Shown piece after piece: positions 37,200 through 48,029 of a stretch of 64,000 bases of DNA (position 1 is the stretch's first letter; every line of letters starts with the position of its first letter). The notes under the pieces were generated by a model. The model ran no database searches and was not told the origin of the DNA. It worked only from the letters and a program-made list of their open reading frames with translations. Both the position numbers and the translations under genes were made by a program. Source of the stretch: an uncultured Bacillota bacterium (GTDB lineage Bacteria > Bacillota > Clostridia > Christensenellales > UBA1242); the NCBI GenBank assembly GCA_947053645.1, contig CAMRTM010000001.1:9430-73429 (forward strand). The letters are read 5' to 3'.

Positions 37200-37585
37200 G
37201 GCAATAGTTCCATGATAATTTGAAGTATGCTTGTCACAATTGGCATTGCCATGACAAGGATGATTATTTTTCCGCCCAATAGAACTTTATCACCCAAACT
37301 GGAATTGCCAGTATCTGCACATATGCCGGCTGTAAATTCAATTAAATAACCTATGCCTACAATTTTTATAAGAAGAGAGTATAAATTTCCAGATATTCCT
37401 GTTGTATTAATAATTAACTTTAGTGCGTCAAATACAGATGAAAGGTAGTTTACAAGCATGGCAAGAATTATAACCCCGCTGGCAAGGGCTATAAGCACCG
37501 CGTAATCGCTTCTTACTGGTTTTACTATTATAGTTGCTATGCAGCCAACTAGTGCTACCGCCACTATCTTATAAACTAAGTCCAT
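37196..37585 (-). CDS. spoIIIAD: Stage III sporulation protein AD
   Basis: 129 aa. Four TM helices. Operon position. Confidence 0.85.
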   Translation of the reverse strand: MDLVYKIVAVALVGCIATIIVKPVRSDYAVLIALASGVIILAMLVNYLSSVFDALKLIINTTGISGNLYSLLIKIVGIGYLIEFTAGICADTGNSSLGDKVLLGGKIIILVMAMPIVTSILQIIMELLP

Positions 37586-37594
37586 ATTTCCCCT

Positions 37595-37789
37595 TTAAAA
37601 ACTAAATAGCGTTTTTATCGCTGTAAATAGATCTCCTATCATTCCGAGTATCATTAGTAGTACTATTATTAACCCTGCTAAAGTGGACAAAGTGGCTATT
37701 TCATCCTTGCCTGTCTGTTTCAAAATTTGCCCTACTATCGCTGTCAAAATCCCTATTGCAGCAATTTTAAATATTATATCTACACCCAT
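37595..37789 (-). CDS. spoIIIAC: Stage III sporulation protein AC
   Basis: 64 aa. Two TM helices. Operon position. Confidence 0.85.
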   Translation of the reverse strand: MGVDIIFKIAAIGILTAIVGQILKQTGKDEIATLSTLAGLIIVLLMILGMIGDLFTAIKTLFSF

Positions 37790-37799
37790 TTTCCCCTCC

Positions 37800-38294
37800 T
37801 TAGCAAAGCAAGATTACTATCATAAGTCCGGCGACAACGCCGAGTTTTATTGATAGAGTTCCATATTTTTTATTTTCTGTGGTTGCAAGGGAGGAAAGTT
37901 CTTCAAAGCGTTTTTCATAATTTTTAAGTTCTTTACTTTGATTATCTAAATCGCTTCGTCCAAGTGATTTAAAGAAAACAAAGATCATATCCTTTTCATT
38001 TTGCTTTAAAAAATTAATGTTTTTAAACAGATTGCCTTCTTCTAGGCTTTTGTTATTTTCAAGATACTCTAAAAAATTTTTATCAAGTCCTTGCAGGTTG
38101 CGTTTTGTTTTATCATCAAAATTTAAAAATAAATTTTTTAGTCTTTCTCGTGAGTAATTTATCTCGACATCTAATTTTTGGCAGAGCAAAACTAGAGAGC
38201 GAAAAAAGTTATATCGTTTTCGATATTTAAGTGAAAAGATATATCCAATGAAAACACATACTAAAAACAGTAAAGCAATTATTATCCAGTTCAT
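37800..38294 (-). CDS. spoIIIAB: Stage III sporulation protein AB
   Basis: 164 aa. TM helices at the N- and C-termini. Operon position. Confidence 0.82.
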   Translation of the reverse strand: MNWIIIALLFLVCVFIGYIFSLKYRKRYNFFRSLVLLCQKLDVEINYSRERLKNLFLNFDDKTKRNLQGLDKNFLEYLENNKSLEEGNLFKNINFLKQNEKDMIFVFFKSLGRSDLDNQSKELKNYEKRFEELSSLATTENKKYGTLSIKLGVVAGLMIVILLC

Positions 38295-38303
38295 ATTCTC
38301 CTC

Positions 38304-39212
38304 CTAATATCTTCCTAGGCGTGAAAAATTTTCGTTGTAAACACCTTCTATTGTACCTGCACCCTTTCTCATAGAAAGCAAAACATACCGTTTGAATATT
38401 TTTTCATCAATTAACTTTTTAAAGGAAGGTTTTTTAAGAAAACTTTCAATGCTATCGCAGTGCGCAGATGCAAGAATATTAACACCGCAGTTGGCACAAT
38501 ATCTTACAGCCTCTACATCCTCTTCATCGCCAAGTTCGTCAGTGACTATTAAATTAGGCGAGAGCGCGCGGATTCCATTTTCAAAACCCACCTTTTTACG
38601 AGCAAAAGAAATTTTATCAGAATAATTTCCTAAACTTTTGCCGTTATTAATATCAAATTCTCCTCGCTCATCAAGCACAAGTACATTAAAAGCATAGTTG
38701 CGTTCGCTGAGTTGACAGATGAAATCTCTTAAAAAAGTCGTTTTTCCAGCACCCGGAGGTGATAAGACAAGAGTGTTTAAAAGAGTATCTTCTTCAAGTA
38801 TCATTGGAAATACTGGAAGAGAACAATTTTTTACTTCATGCGGAATACGGATGTTTATACTATTGAAATTAGTCATTGTTTTGATATGTCCATTTTCTTC
38901 AATCATATCTCCGCCAATCCCTATTCTTACACCTTCATTCGTTACTATAAAGCCTTTCTTTATCTGTTCATTGACTGAATATATGGAACATTCACTGGCT
39001 CTGAATATGATATCTTCAAGCATGATTTTACTCGCACTCATCGCCTCTTTAAGATTGCCAGTTGTCCCCCTTTCACTTAGAAAAAATCTTTGCAATCCTA
39101 TTGCAAGTACTATAGGCTTGTCCGCACGCATCCTTATTTCATTGATAGCATTGAAACTTATTCTTTCACTTATGATTTCGTAGATATTGTCTGGCAGGAT
39201 GTTTTTAAGCAT
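38304..39212 (-). CDS. spoIIIAA: Stage III sporulation protein AA (secretion-type ATPase)
   Basis: 302 aa. Walker A SPPGAGKTT and Walker B IVTDELG. Confidence 0.92.
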   Translation of the reverse strand: MLKNILPDNIYEIISERISFNAINEIRMRADKPIVLAIGLQRFFLSERGTTGNLKEAMSASKIMLEDIIFRASECSIYSVNEQIKKGFIVTNEGVRIGIGGDMIEENGHIKTMTNFNSINIRIPHEVKNCSLPVFPMILEEDTLLNTLVLSPPGAGKTTFLRDFICQLSERNYAFNVLVLDERGEFDINNGKSLGNYSDKISFARKKVGFENGIRALSPNLIVTDELGDEEDVEAVRYCANCGVNILASAHCDSIESFLKKPSFKKLIDEKIFKRYVLLSMRKGAGTIEGVYNENFSRLGRY

Positions 39213-39246
39213 AGTTCCTCCTCTCTTTTAAACTATGCTTGAAGGC

Positions 39247-39278
39247 AATAAAAAAGAAACTTGCGAAAGTGCAAGTTT
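39247..39278 (-). terminator. Terminator-like hairpin immediately upstream of spoIIIAA
   Basis: aaacttgc-gaaagt-gcaagttt (39257-39278). On the minus strand it is followed by cttttttatt. Confidence 0.6.
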
Positions 39279-39327
39279 TGTCGATTTGTCGCTTCAATTA
39301 AAAAATGTTTGAACTAAAAATGCATAA

Positions 39328-39350
39328 TAAAAAAAAGCACGGATGTGCTT
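39328..39350 (-). terminator. efp terminator
   Basis: agcac-ggat-gtgct with a T-run on the minus strand, directly after the efp stop. Confidence 0.8.
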
Positions 39351-39351
39351 T

Positions 39352-39912
39352 TTATTTTACTCTTTCCATATATGAGCCGTCGCGTGTATCTACACGGATT
39401 TTGTCGCCTATGTTTACAAATAGTGGAACTTGAATAACATAGCCTGTTTCAAGTTTCGCTGGTTTTGTTGTGGATTTCGATGTATCGCCTTGGATTCCTG
39501 GTTCACAATCAACAACTTCAAGTTCTACAAATGTTGGTGCGTATACTGCAAATGGATTACCCTTATAGAAGTACATTGTGCAATTTGTATTTTCTTTAAC
39601 ATAATTGAGTGCTTCTTCTGCTGATTCACGGTTAAGTGGGATTTGGTCATAAGTTTCTGCATCCATGAAGTAGTAGATGTCCGCGTCGTTATAAAGGTAG
39701 GTCATTTCCTTCTTTGCAATGACTGCTATTTGGAATTTATCACTTGGATTGAATGTATCTTCCTTTACCTGTCCTGTCATTACATTTTTAATTTTTGCTC
39801 TTACAAATGGTGAGCCTTTGCCTGGTTTTACATGAAGGAAATCGACTACTGAGTATACTGCATTGTCCATTTCAAATGTCACGCCTTTTCTAAAATCACC
39901 TGCTGTTACCAT
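39352..39912 (-). CDS. efp: Elongation factor P
   Basis: 186 aa. [20 protein letters not shown] loop. Confidence 0.97.
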   Translation of the reverse strand: MVTAGDFRKGVTFEMDNAVYSVVDFLHVKPGKGSPFVRAKIKNVMTGQVKEDTFNPSDKFQIAVIAKKEMTYLYNDADIYYFMDAETYDQIPLNRESAEEALNYVKENTNCTMYFYKGNPFAVYAPTFVELEVVDCEPGIQGDTSKSTTKPAKLETGYVIQVPLFVNIGDKIRVDTRDGSYMERVK

Positions 39913-39968
39913 ATTTTTTCTCCTTAAATTAGTTTCTTTTCTATTCTAGCACATATGTCCTATTTTGT

Positions 39969-40823
39969 CTAGTGATTATCGTAATATTTTTTCATAATAC
40001 TTGCATCTCTTGGTTGCATCCCTGCTGATTCGCTTATTATGCGTGGTGTGAGATTATATTCTTTTATCACTTCTATCATTGGCTCATAATTCGGACCATA
40101 TATTTCATCTTCAAAATTCAAGTGTCGGATTTCACCTTTCTCTCCATATTCTATTTTTGAAAAGTGAATATGGCAATTATTTATTCTCTCCATTCCTAAT
40201 TTTTCTATTGCGTAATCAAAGACTCTTTTATAATCTTCCTTATTTTTAAGACCGCCATGGGTAAGTGCATTTATGTGTCCAAAGTCAAAGGTGGGTACTA
40301 GGTGTGAATTTGTCAAGCACAAATCTACCACTTCTGTGTAGGTGCCTATTTGTGCAGGTTTGCCCATGGTTTCAGGGCAAAGCCAAATATCTGTCAAAAG
40401 CCCCTCTTCCTCCATTTTGGAAAAACACTCTATAAACCTAGATTTAATTAGATTAATACATTCATCGCGTTCTTTTCCGCCACAAAAGCCAGAGTGAAAA
40501 ACTAAATGGTCGGCATAATCAAAGGCTTTAAGAAATTTTATTCCTGTCCTAATATATCCTTCACTTTTTGCATACATATCTGGATCTGGGTTGGCAAAGT
40601 TTATAAAATATGGAGCATGTACGCTGACTAAAATATCATTTTCTCTGAACTTTTTACCTACCGCTTGTGCTGTGTCAGTTTTCATTCGATAGCCATGGCC
40701 GAAAGAATATTCGAATGCATTAAGTCCCCTTGCTTTAAGCCAGTCAGGAACTTCAAATATCGATGCTTTACCTTCATTTTCAAATTCTATTCCACAGCCG
40801 GATGGCCCGAAACGAGTTATCAT
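39969..40823 (-). CDS. Endonuclease IV-like TIM-barrel protein (AP endonuclease family 2)
   Basis: 284 aa. The ordered motifs VHAPYFINFA, VFHSG, CPETMGK, FDFGHINA and HIHFS parallel the metal-binding strands of Nfo-type enzymes. Confidence 0.55.
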   Translation of the reverse strand: MITRFGPSGCGIEFENEGKASIFEVPDWLKARGLNAFEYSFGHGYRMKTDTAQAVGKKFRENDILVSVHAPYFINFANPDPDMYAKSEGYIRTGIKFLKAFDYADHLVFHSGFCGGKERDECINLIKSRFIECFSKMEEEGLLTDIWLCPETMGKPAQIGTYTEVVDLCLTNSHLVPTFDFGHINALTHGGLKNKEDYKRVFDYAIEKLGMERINNCHIHFSKIEYGEKGEIRHLNFEDEIYGPNYEPMIEVIKEYNLTPRIISESAGMQPRDASIMKKYYDNH

Positions 40824-40834
40824 ATATCCTCCGT

Positions 40835-41689
40835 TTAAATAAGTCTTAATTTAAATTTAATTATTTTTGATTTAACTTCTATAACACCTAAAAATTGTTT
40901 GTCATTATAAGCCCTATATTCGCCATCTTGCATTTCTTTTGTAAGCCAAACTCCATTCAGCAAAAGGCTTGTTTCTTTTTGGCTAAAATTTACTTTTTCC
41001 ATATCAAAGACGGTGTCTAGGGGTATGATTTTATAATTGCCACTTTTTATTGACTGTATTGAAAAACTATTTTTTAAATCAAAAACTCCACATCTTGTGC
41101 GTTGTATGCGAGACATCACACCGTATGTAGAAAGTGCATTTGCAATATCACGACACAATGACCGAATATATGTTCCACTTGAACAATGTATTAAAAAACG
41201 AAAGGTATTAGTGTCTAGCCAATTTAATATTTTTAAATCGTAAATTTCTATTTCTTTGGGCTTTAGATTGACTTCTTCCCCTGCTCTTGCAAGGTCATAT
41301 GCTTTTTGTCCATTTATTTTCTTTGCTGAATAGGCTGGTGGCATTTGCGGATATCTTCCTATAAATTGTTCAAGCACACCCTCGATATCTTTTAGTGTGA
41401 TAATCTTATCATCTTGTGCGATTATTTTACCCTCTAAGTCTAGAGTGTCAGTGGTAACACCAAATTTAAAGTCGGCATTATACTCTTTATCTTTACTTAG
41501 AAAGTAGTCAAAGAGTTTGGTGCCTTTGCCTAGCGTGACTGGTAGCAAGCCTTCTCCTTCAACATCTAGTGTGCCTAGATGCCCAGCTTTTGAGGCACCT
41601 ACAGCCTTCTTTACTATATTAACCGCTGTATTGGAGCTTATACCACGCGGTTTATCGAGAAGCAATATTCCATTGATTTCATTTTTCAT
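40835..41689 (-). CDS. truB: tRNA pseudouridine(55) synthase
   Basis: 284 aa. GILLLDKPRGISS and GHLGTLD. Confidence 0.95.
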   Translation of the reverse strand: MKNEINGILLLDKPRGISSNTAVNIVKKAVGASKAGHLGTLDVEGEGLLPVTLGKGTKLFDYFLSKDKEYNADFKFGVTTDTLDLEGKIIAQDDKIITLKDIEGVLEQFIGRYPQMPPAYSAKKINGQKAYDLARAGEEVNLKPKEIEIYDLKILNWLDTNTFRFLIHCSSGTYIRSLCRDIANALSTYGVMSRIQRTRCGVFDLKNSFSIQSIKSGNYKIIPLDTVFDMEKVNFSQKETSLLLNGVWLTKEMQDGEYRAYNDKQFLGVIEVKSKIIKFKLRLI

Positions 41690-42668
41690 CGGTCTTCCTA
41701 CTTTTTAAATATTTCCTGATTTCCTTTATAACTAATTTCTCTGCCTCTTCTATAGTTTTTGCATTAATAACACAGCCTGCCGCACCCTCATGCCCTCCAC
41801 CGCCTAGGCTTTGTGCAATACCATTGGCAGCATAACCTAGCCTACTTCGCATAGAGCAATTGTATTCATTATCTCCCATTTCAATTATACAACACGACAT
41901 ATTTATTCCTTGTATTGAAATAAGTTTACTACTAAAGCCATCGCAGTCAATTTTCTCTGCCTTGGCCTTTTTTAAATCGGCCTGTGTGATTGTAACTAAT
42001 CCTATTTCTTTATCTATCTTTTTAAATTTTTCATAAAAGATTTTTGTGATATTTACTTCGGATTGTGGTTTCTGGCGATTTATAATATCATTTACTTTAT
42101 TGATATCTGCGCCAAGTAAGTTTAATTCATAGGCTGCAAAAAATGAATTTGGTGTTGTGTTTAGATTTGTGAAACTGTTAGTATCTGTTAATAACCCTGT
42201 ATACAATATCGTCGCAAGTAATGGAGTAATCTCACTTTTGATTGCTTTAAGTACTTTAAAAACAAGTTCGCAACATGAAGAGGAATTTGAATCTACATAT
42301 TGTAACAAACCAATATTTTCACCACAACTAGGATGATGGTCAATTTTGATTGTATTTGGATGATTTTTTACACCCTCCCCATAAATGCCTAGGCGTTCGG
42401 TATTTGGAGTGTCTACAGTAATCAACAGGTCATAGTCACAAGGATTAAAGTTGTCGATTTGTACAAGTGATTCATCTAGAATGGCTTTTTCTTTATCGTT
42501 AAATTTACGGTGGGTAAACATTTGTACCTTTTTATTTTTTTTTATCCCATAATAAAGTCCATACATACTGCATAGTGCATCAAAATCAGGTCTTATATGA
42601 CAAAATAGAGCAATACTTTTTGCCCCATTGATTTTGCCCTTTATTTGTTTATAAAGTTTATTCATCAT
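41679..42668 (-). CDS. nrnA: DHH-family phosphoesterase (NrnA-like oligoribonuclease/pAp phosphatase)
   Basis: 329 aa. DHH motif (IKIDHHPS) and DHHA1 GGGGH motif. Confidence 0.85.
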   Translation of the reverse strand: MMNKLYKQIKGKINGAKSIALFCHIRPDFDALCSMYGLYYGIKKNKKVQMFTHRKFNDKEKAILDESLVQIDNFNPCDYDLLITVDTPNTERLGIYGEGVKNHPNTIKIDHHPSCGENIGLLQYVDSNSSSCCELVFKVLKAIKSEITPLLATILYTGLLTDTNSFTNLNTTPNSFFAAYELNLLGADINKVNDIINRQKPQSEVNITKIFYEKFKKIDKEIGLVTITQADLKKAKAEKIDCDGFSSKLISIQGINMSCCIIEMGDNEYNCSMRSRLGYAANGIAQSLGGGGHEGAAGCVINAKTIEEAEKLVIKEIRKYLKSRKTDEK

Positions 42669-43032
42669 CTTCTCCTCTATCTTCGGGTATATTTAAGGTC
42701 TTTAATATCTCATTAACCCTTCTTGATGCCTCCATTCCTTTATCAAACTCGAATATGAGTTCTGGTATATATGGCATCTTTACCATTCCTGCGAGTTGCT
42801 TCTTGATAAAGCCAGAAGATTTTTTTAATATATTTAATGATGTTTCTACAGCCGTTTTATTATCTGTGTCCATTCCTATCTTCACTTTACAATACTTAAA
42901 ATCTGGAGTAACCTTTACTTCACTTACATACAGCATAGTGTTAAGGCGAGGGTCATTCAGTTTATATTGTAAGATTTCAGATATACATCTTTGAAGTTCG
43001 CTATTTGCGCGCTCGATACGATTTGATGGCAT
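42658..43032 (-). CDS. rbfA: Ribosome-binding factor A
   Basis: 124 aa. KH-like RbfA pattern (RLNTMLYVSEVKVTPDFKYCKV). Synteny after infB. Confidence 0.92.
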   Translation of the reverse strand: MPSNRIERANSELQRCISEILQYKLNDPRLNTMLYVSEVKVTPDFKYCKVKIGMDTDNKTAVETSLNILKKSSGFIKKQLAGMVKMPYIPELIFEFDKGMEASRRVNEILKTLNIPEDRGEDDE

Positions 43033-43096
43033 GATGCCACCTCCTTTTTTATTTTTTCGATAATTAATTTCGAATGTTCAAATAATAAGGTTAGAA

Positions 43097-43229
43097 AGAT
43101 TTCTCCGCTCCACTGCGTTCCGGTCGAAATGACAAAATGAGAGAAAATGGTCTTCAATCAAAATTACAAGGTTTAGTAAGATTTCTCCGCTACGGTCGAA
43201 ATGACAGGAAGGGTTCGGTCGAAATGACA
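43097..43229 (+). repeat. Repeat locus C: two box-plus-core units and one extra core between infB and rbfA
   Basis: Boxes AGATTTCTCCGCT at 43097-43109 and 43179-43191. Perfect cores at 43122-43134, 43194-43206 and 43217-43229. Confidence 0.95.
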
Positions 43230-43253
43230 AGAAGAGTTTGTATGAATGTGTCA

Positions 43254-45740
43254 TTAAGTGCGCTTAACAACTTCTTTCACATAGAAATTGATTATATCAT
43301 CTTCTTTGAAGTCTATATTATCACGAAGTTTGATTCCACATTCGTAACCTTTTGCTACCTCTGCTTTTTCATCTTTTACAATCTTAAGTGATTCTACGAT
43401 GCTATCGCCGATTTCTTCATCTCCTCGCATGATTCTTGCAACCGCTCCGCGTGTAACCTTTCCGTCTTTTACATAACAGCCTGCAACTTTACCCGCAGTT
43501 GAAAGTTTGAATACCACCCTTATTTCAGCGTTACCAATATACTTTTCTTCATACTTAACGCTGAGCATGCCTGTGATTGCGTTTGTGATATCATCGACAA
43601 CTTCGTAAATGATTTTATATTGTTTGATTTCTACTTTTTGATTTTCAGCAAGTGCTTTTGCCTTTGGCACTGGTTTTTGGTTAAAGCATATGATAATTGC
43701 TCCTGTGGTGTTTGCAAGGATTACATCAGACTCTGTTACTGCACCTGCACCACTATGAACTACATTTACCTTCGCTTCTTCGTTCTGAATTGCCATGAGT
43801 GCACCCTTAAGTGCCTCTACTGATCCAATGGTATCTGCTTTAATAATAATATTTAAATTCTTTAGGCTACCCTCATGAACTTTATTCATAAAGTTATCAA
43901 GAGTAACGCCTGAACTATGGAGGGATCGCTCTGTTTTGATTTTATCAATACGCTCTTGAATTACCTGTTTCGATAGGCTTTCTTCAACTGCATAAACTTG
44001 ATCACCAGAAAGTGGAACATCATTAAAGCCTAATATCTGTACTGGAGTTGATGGTCCTGCACTCTTAACGCTTTTTCCGCCGTCGGTAAACATTGCTCTA
44101 ACCTTACCATAGGTTATACCTGACATGATTGAATCACCTACTTTAAGTGTACCGTTTTGAACAAGTACGGAAGCAACTGGCCCGCGATTCTTATCAAGTT
44201 CTGCTTCAATAACAACGCCTGTTGCCATTTTATTAGGATTTGCCTTAAGTTCTTGCATTTCGCTTACGAGAAGTATCATCTTCTTAAGTTCATCAAGTCC
44301 CATTCCTGTCTTAGCAGAGATTGGAACGATAACTGCATCGCCACCCCACTCTTCTGGAAGAACATCATGCTCGGCAAGTTGTTGTTTAATTCTATCTGGG
44401 TTTGCCTCTGGCTTATCCATTTTATTGATTGCGACAATCATTGGAACATTTGCTGCTTTTATGTGATTTATAGCCTCCACTGTTTGTGGCATTATTCCAT
44501 CATCAGCTGCAACTACTAAGATTGCTATATCTGTCGCTTTAGCACCTCTTGCGCGCATTGCTGTGAATGCTGCGTGTCCCGGAGTGTCTATAAATGTAAT
44601 CTTTTCGCCATTGAAACTAATTTGATATGCACCGATACTTTGTGTAATACCACCTGCTTCCCCTGCAACTACATTCGTCTTTCTGAAAGAGTCGAGAAGT
44701 GAGGTTTTACCATGGTCGACATGTCCCATCACAGCCACCACTGGAGGGCGTTTAACAAGATTTTCCTCTGTATCAGTTTCGTTTGCTGACTCCATGAGTT
44801 TTTGTTCAAAAGTCTTATCAAGTTTAAGTTCAAGAGAAATTTCGAAGTCACTGGCTACGAGTTCTGCTGTTTCATAATCAATAGTACTATTAATAGTCGC
44901 CATGATGCCGAGCATCATTAATTTCTTAACTATTTCTACTACTGGTTTACCTATCTTTTCACTGAAATCTTTGACAGTGATTTCTCTTGATGTGAGAACA
45001 GCATGTTTAATTGCTGGAGCAATTATTGTCACTGTTTCTTTTTTCTTCTTTATGCTCTTTCTTGAACCGAAAGATACTTCTTGAATGCCATCCTCATCTT
45101 CAATAAGAATATTATTGCGTCTATTATCGCCAAGTTTTCTATTGGTTGTTTTCTTCTCGTCATATGAAGAATTGTGCTTTTGTGCAAATTTGGCTTTCTG
45201 TTGGAAGTTTCTATCATTCTTAACTTCAAGTTCCGGAGCGTCATTGAAGGATTTAAAATTGTTTACCTTTGTAGATACAAAATTATTTGAACCAACCTTC
45301 TTTTGTTTATTGAAATTTGGGTTGAATGGGGCTTTTCCATTTGGATTAAATGGTTTGGAGTTTGGATTATTTGGTCGTTTGAAATCCCCCCTATTTTGTC
45401 CATTATAATTATTTTGACCAAATGGGCGTTGTGGACGCTGGCTATTATCAAACTTTCTGAAATTATTTTGTGAGGCTTTTTGTCCATCGACAAATGCAGG
45501 CTTTGGCTGTGCTTTTTCGACAGGTGCGGCTGGAGTTATCTTAATCTCTTCCACTACCTTTTCTTCTTCTACCTTTTCCAATGCCTTTTGTTCGATTACT
45601 TTTTTCTGTGATTGCAGAGTTTTTGTTAGTGTTTCCAGATCGCTTTTTGCTGTTCTAACATTGCGTAAAAGTTCGAGCAATGCCCCGTCTTTCTGCAATT
45701 CATGTATTGTCCTTAAGTTGTTTAATGTTTGATTTGCCAA
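43254..45740 (-). CDS. infB: Translation initiation factor IF-2
   Basis: 828 aa. G domain [21 protein letters not shown]. Low-complexity N/P/K-rich N-terminal region. Confidence 0.97.
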   Translation of the reverse strand: MANQTLNNLRTIHELQKDGALLELLRNVRTAKSDLETLTKTLQSQKKVIEQKALEKVEEEKVVEEIKITPAAPVEKAQPKPAFVDGQKASQNNFRKFDNSQRPQRPFGQNNYNGQNRGDFKRPNNPNSKPFNPNGKAPFNPNFNKQKKVGSNNFVSTKVNNFKSFNDAPELEVKNDRNFQQKAKFAQKHNSSYDEKKTTNRKLGDNRRNNILIEDEDGIQEVSFGSRKSIKKKKETVTIIAPAIKHAVLTSREITVKDFSEKIGKPVVEIVKKLMMLGIMATINSTIDYETAELVASDFEISLELKLDKTFEQKLMESANETDTEENLVKRPPVVAVMGHVDHGKTSLLDSFRKTNVVAGEAGGITQSIGAYQISFNGEKITFIDTPGHAAFTAMRARGAKATDIAILVVAADDGIMPQTVEAINHIKAANVPMIVAINKMDKPEANPDRIKQQLAEHDVLPEEWGGDAVIVPISAKTGMGLDELKKMILLVSEMQELKANPNKMATGVVIEAELDKNRGPVASVLVQNGTLKVGDSIMSGITYGKVRAMFTDGGKSVKSAGPSTPVQILGFNDVPLSGDQVYAVEESLSKQVIQERIDKIKTERSLHSSGVTLDNFMNKVHEGSLKNLNIIIKADTIGSVEALKGALMAIQNEEAKVNVVHSGAGAVTESDVILANTTGAIIICFNQKPVPKAKALAENQKVEIKQYKIIYEVVDDITNAITGMLSVKYEEKYIGNAEIRVVFKLSTAGKVAGCYVKDGKVTRGAVARIMRGDEEIGDSIVESLKIVKDEKAEVAKGYECGIKLRDNIDFKEDDIINFYVKEVVKRT

Positions 45741-45752
45741 ATTTTTGCTCCT

Positions 45753-46037
45753 TTATTCTTCCACCATTTTTTCTATGATTTCACTTAGGTTTTTATTCTT
45801 TATTCCTATTATCTTTGTATTGGAGTGATTTAATAATTCTCCTAAATCTTCTATCATCAATACTTTATATTTTTCTTTTAATTTTTCTGCGAGTTTGAGG
45901 GTATTTTTTCCTGCATTCCTATCACAAAGAATGAGGTAAATTTTCTTGGTGTAATCTTCAAGTGTTTCACCACCATAGATTATATATCCTGCCTGCTGTA
46001 TAATACCAAAATAATTCTTAATCTTTATTCTGTCCAA
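45753..46037 (-). CDS. L7Ae-family RNA-binding protein (YlxQ-like)
   Basis: 94 aa. Position between ylxR and infB as in Bacillus. Confidence 0.8.
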   Translation of the reverse strand: MDRIKIKNYFGIIQQAGYIIYGGETLEDYTKKIYLILCDRNAGKNTLKLAEKLKEKYKVLMIEDLGELLNHSNTKIIGIKNKNLSEIIEKMVEE

Positions 46038-46281
46038 ATATTTCCTCCTGTAGGCGTATAATGATTTCTTCTGGTATATTTATCTTAAATGCCCTATTTA
46101 GTGCATGTTGTTTTTTTAACTTTTCAAAGCACTTTTTATCTCGGCATACATAGGCTCCTCTGCCGTTCATTTTTCCCGTAGGGTCGATGAAAATCTGCCC
46201 ATCCTTCATTTTTACTATGCGTACAAGTTCGTTTTTTTCCTTACCTTCCCTACAGGCTACGCACATCCTTATTCTTTCCAT
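46018..46281 (-). CDS. YlxR family RNA-binding protein (DUF448)
   Basis: MERIRMCVACREGKEKNELVRIV...GRGAYVC is the YlxR signature. The ATG at 46281 lies 2 nt after the nusA stop. The ORF-track start at 46365 would overlap nusA. Confidence 0.88.
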   Translation of the reverse strand: MERIRMCVACREGKEKNELVRIVKMKDGQIFIDPTGKMNGRGAYVCRDKKCFEKLKKQHALNRAFKINIPEEIIIRLQEEIFGQNKD

Positions 46282-46282
46282 C

Positions 46283-47434
46283 TTAGTCCTCATCAAGTGG
46301 TTCGAGTTCGTCAAGGTCGTCAAGGTTTTGGAATGAGTCTTCATCACTAAGTTCTGTGAGTTCATACACTGGCTCTGCCTTCTCTACCGTTTGTTGCACA
46401 CTGCTTTCTGGCTTAACTTCTATCTTCCATCCTGTCAATCTTGCTGCAAGGCGTACATTTTGACCGCTTTTTCCGATAGCAAGAGAAAGTTTATCATCTG
46501 GAACTATTACTCTTGATGCGTTAAGGCTTTCGTTTGTTTCGACACTTATTACTTTTGCTGGACTTAATGCCCTTGCAATATATTCAAGTGGATCATCACT
46601 ATATTCTATAAGGTCAATCTTTTCGCCATTGAGTTCGGCAACTATTGTATCGATGCGTTGACCTCTAAATCCTACACATGTTCCGACAGCGTCTAGGTTT
46701 GCTTTCTCAGTGTAAATTGCCACTTTAGTTCTATTACCTGCATCACGAGCTATATTCTTGATTATAACATCGCCATTTGCAACTTCTGGTATTTCAAGTT
46801 CAAATAGTTTTCTTACGAAACCTATATTACTTCTTGTAACTTGAATTTGTGGGCCTTTGAAGGAATCTTTAATCTTCTTTACATAAACTTTAATTCTATC
46901 GCCAACATTAAATTTTTCGCCCGGAATTTGATCTGATGGCAACATTACTCCCTCTGTATGTGAGCCGGAAATTTGAACATAGATTGTGCCGTTGTCTATT
47001 CTTTTTACTATTGTTGTAAGAAGTTCATCCTCTTTCTCTGAAAGTTCGGAAACTGCGATTTGTCTTTCCATTTCTTTAATCTTTTGCATTACCACTTGTT
47101 TTGCTGTCTGTGCGGCAATACGGCCAAAGTCTTTGGTGGACTCTTCTTGACTAACTTCATCCCCTACCTTATACGATTTCTTAATAAGTCGTGCTTCTTC
47201 AAGTGAAATCTCTTTATCAGGGTCAGTCACTTCTTCTACAACTGTTTTATATGAATATACTTTAATTGTGCATTTCTCTGGATTCAATTTTACTAATGCA
47301 CTTTTAGCCTCGCCATACATCTTTTTATAAGCAGAGGCGAGTGCTGTTTCAAGTGTTTCTATAAATGTTTCCTTATTAATCTTTTTTTCTGCTTCTAAGT
47401 CATCTAATGCTTGAAAGAAATCTTTGTTTATCAT
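46283..47434 (-). CDS. nusA: Transcription termination/antitermination factor NusA
   Basis: 383 aa. N-terminal domain, S1, two KH domains, acidic tail. Confidence 0.97.
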   Translation of the reverse strand: MINKDFFQALDDLEAEKKINKETFIETLETALASAYKKMYGEAKSALVKLNPEKCTIKVYSYKTVVEEVTDPDKEISLEEARLIKKSYKVGDEVSQEESTKDFGRIAAQTAKQVVMQKIKEMERQIAVSELSEKEDELLTTIVKRIDNGTIYVQISGSHTEGVMLPSDQIPGEKFNVGDRIKVYVKKIKDSFKGPQIQVTRSNIGFVRKLFELEIPEVANGDVIIKNIARDAGNRTKVAIYTEKANLDAVGTCVGFRGQRIDTIVAELNGEKIDLIEYSDDPLEYIARALSPAKVISVETNESLNASRVIVPDDKLSLAIGKSGQNVRLAARLTGWKIEVKPESSVQQTVEKAEPVYELTELSDEDSFQNLDDLDELEPLDED

Positions 47435-47444
47435 TTTTTTCTCC

Positions 47445-47906
47445 TTAAAATTTTATTATTGGCACTATGTGTGCTATTTTTTCACGACTGAAGGTTATAT
47501 TTTGTCCATTCTGGGAAATCGTCAACTCTGTTTCGGTGAAAGACTCTAAATTTCCTTTGAACACCTTTTTTCCATCTACTTTTGAAAAGAGTGTAAGTTC
47601 TATCTCTTTACCTAGATTTCGATTGAAGTCCCTTGTGGTTTTAAGCGGTCTATCAAGCCCCTGCGAACTCACAATCAAAATGTAAGGCTGGTCATCAGTA
47701 GGATTCAGCTCGTCAAGTACTGGATCAATCCTTTTACTAACCTTTTCGCAATCGTCTAGTGTTATTCCATTATCGCTATCAATATAGAATATTAGATTCA
47801 TGCCATCTGATTGTTTGATGTATTCAACATCCACAACTTCGTAGCCCATTTCCTCTACAAGCGGTGCTACCTTCTCTAGACATAGTGTCTTGGTCTTCCC
47901 TGCCAA
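47445..47906 (-). CDS. rimP: Ribosome maturation factor RimP
   Basis: 153 aa. Conserved rimP-nusA pairing. Confidence 0.92.
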   Translation of the reverse strand: MAGKTKTLCLEKVAPLVEEMGYEVVDVEYIKQSDGMNLIFYIDSDNGITLDDCEKVSKRIDPVLDELNPTDDQPYILIVSSQGLDRPLKTTRDFNRNLGKEIELTLFSKVDGKKVFKGNLESFTETELTISQNGQNITFSREKIAHIVPIIKF

Positions 47907-48029
47907 AATTTTCCTCCTTTACTACTAACGCAGGGAGTGAACATTTCTGCTCACTCCCCGCTCATCTAGTCATGTTTATTATATCAGATATTTCCCATAA
48001 TTGCAATAAAAATTATCAAAAATTACAAA

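Noticed and set aside
39213-39246. Sigma-E or sigma-G type promoter for spoIIIAA (CATAGTTT resembling CATACAAT)
   Set aside because: I found no acceptable -35 element at the right spacing, and the -10-like element lies too close to the SD. I could not support it from sequence alone.
46282-46365. Longer YlxR ORF overlapping the 3' end of nusA
   Set aside because: The conserved YlxR sequence begins at MERIRMCVAC (46281), 2 nt after the nusA stop. The upstream part is an out-of-frame read of nusA.
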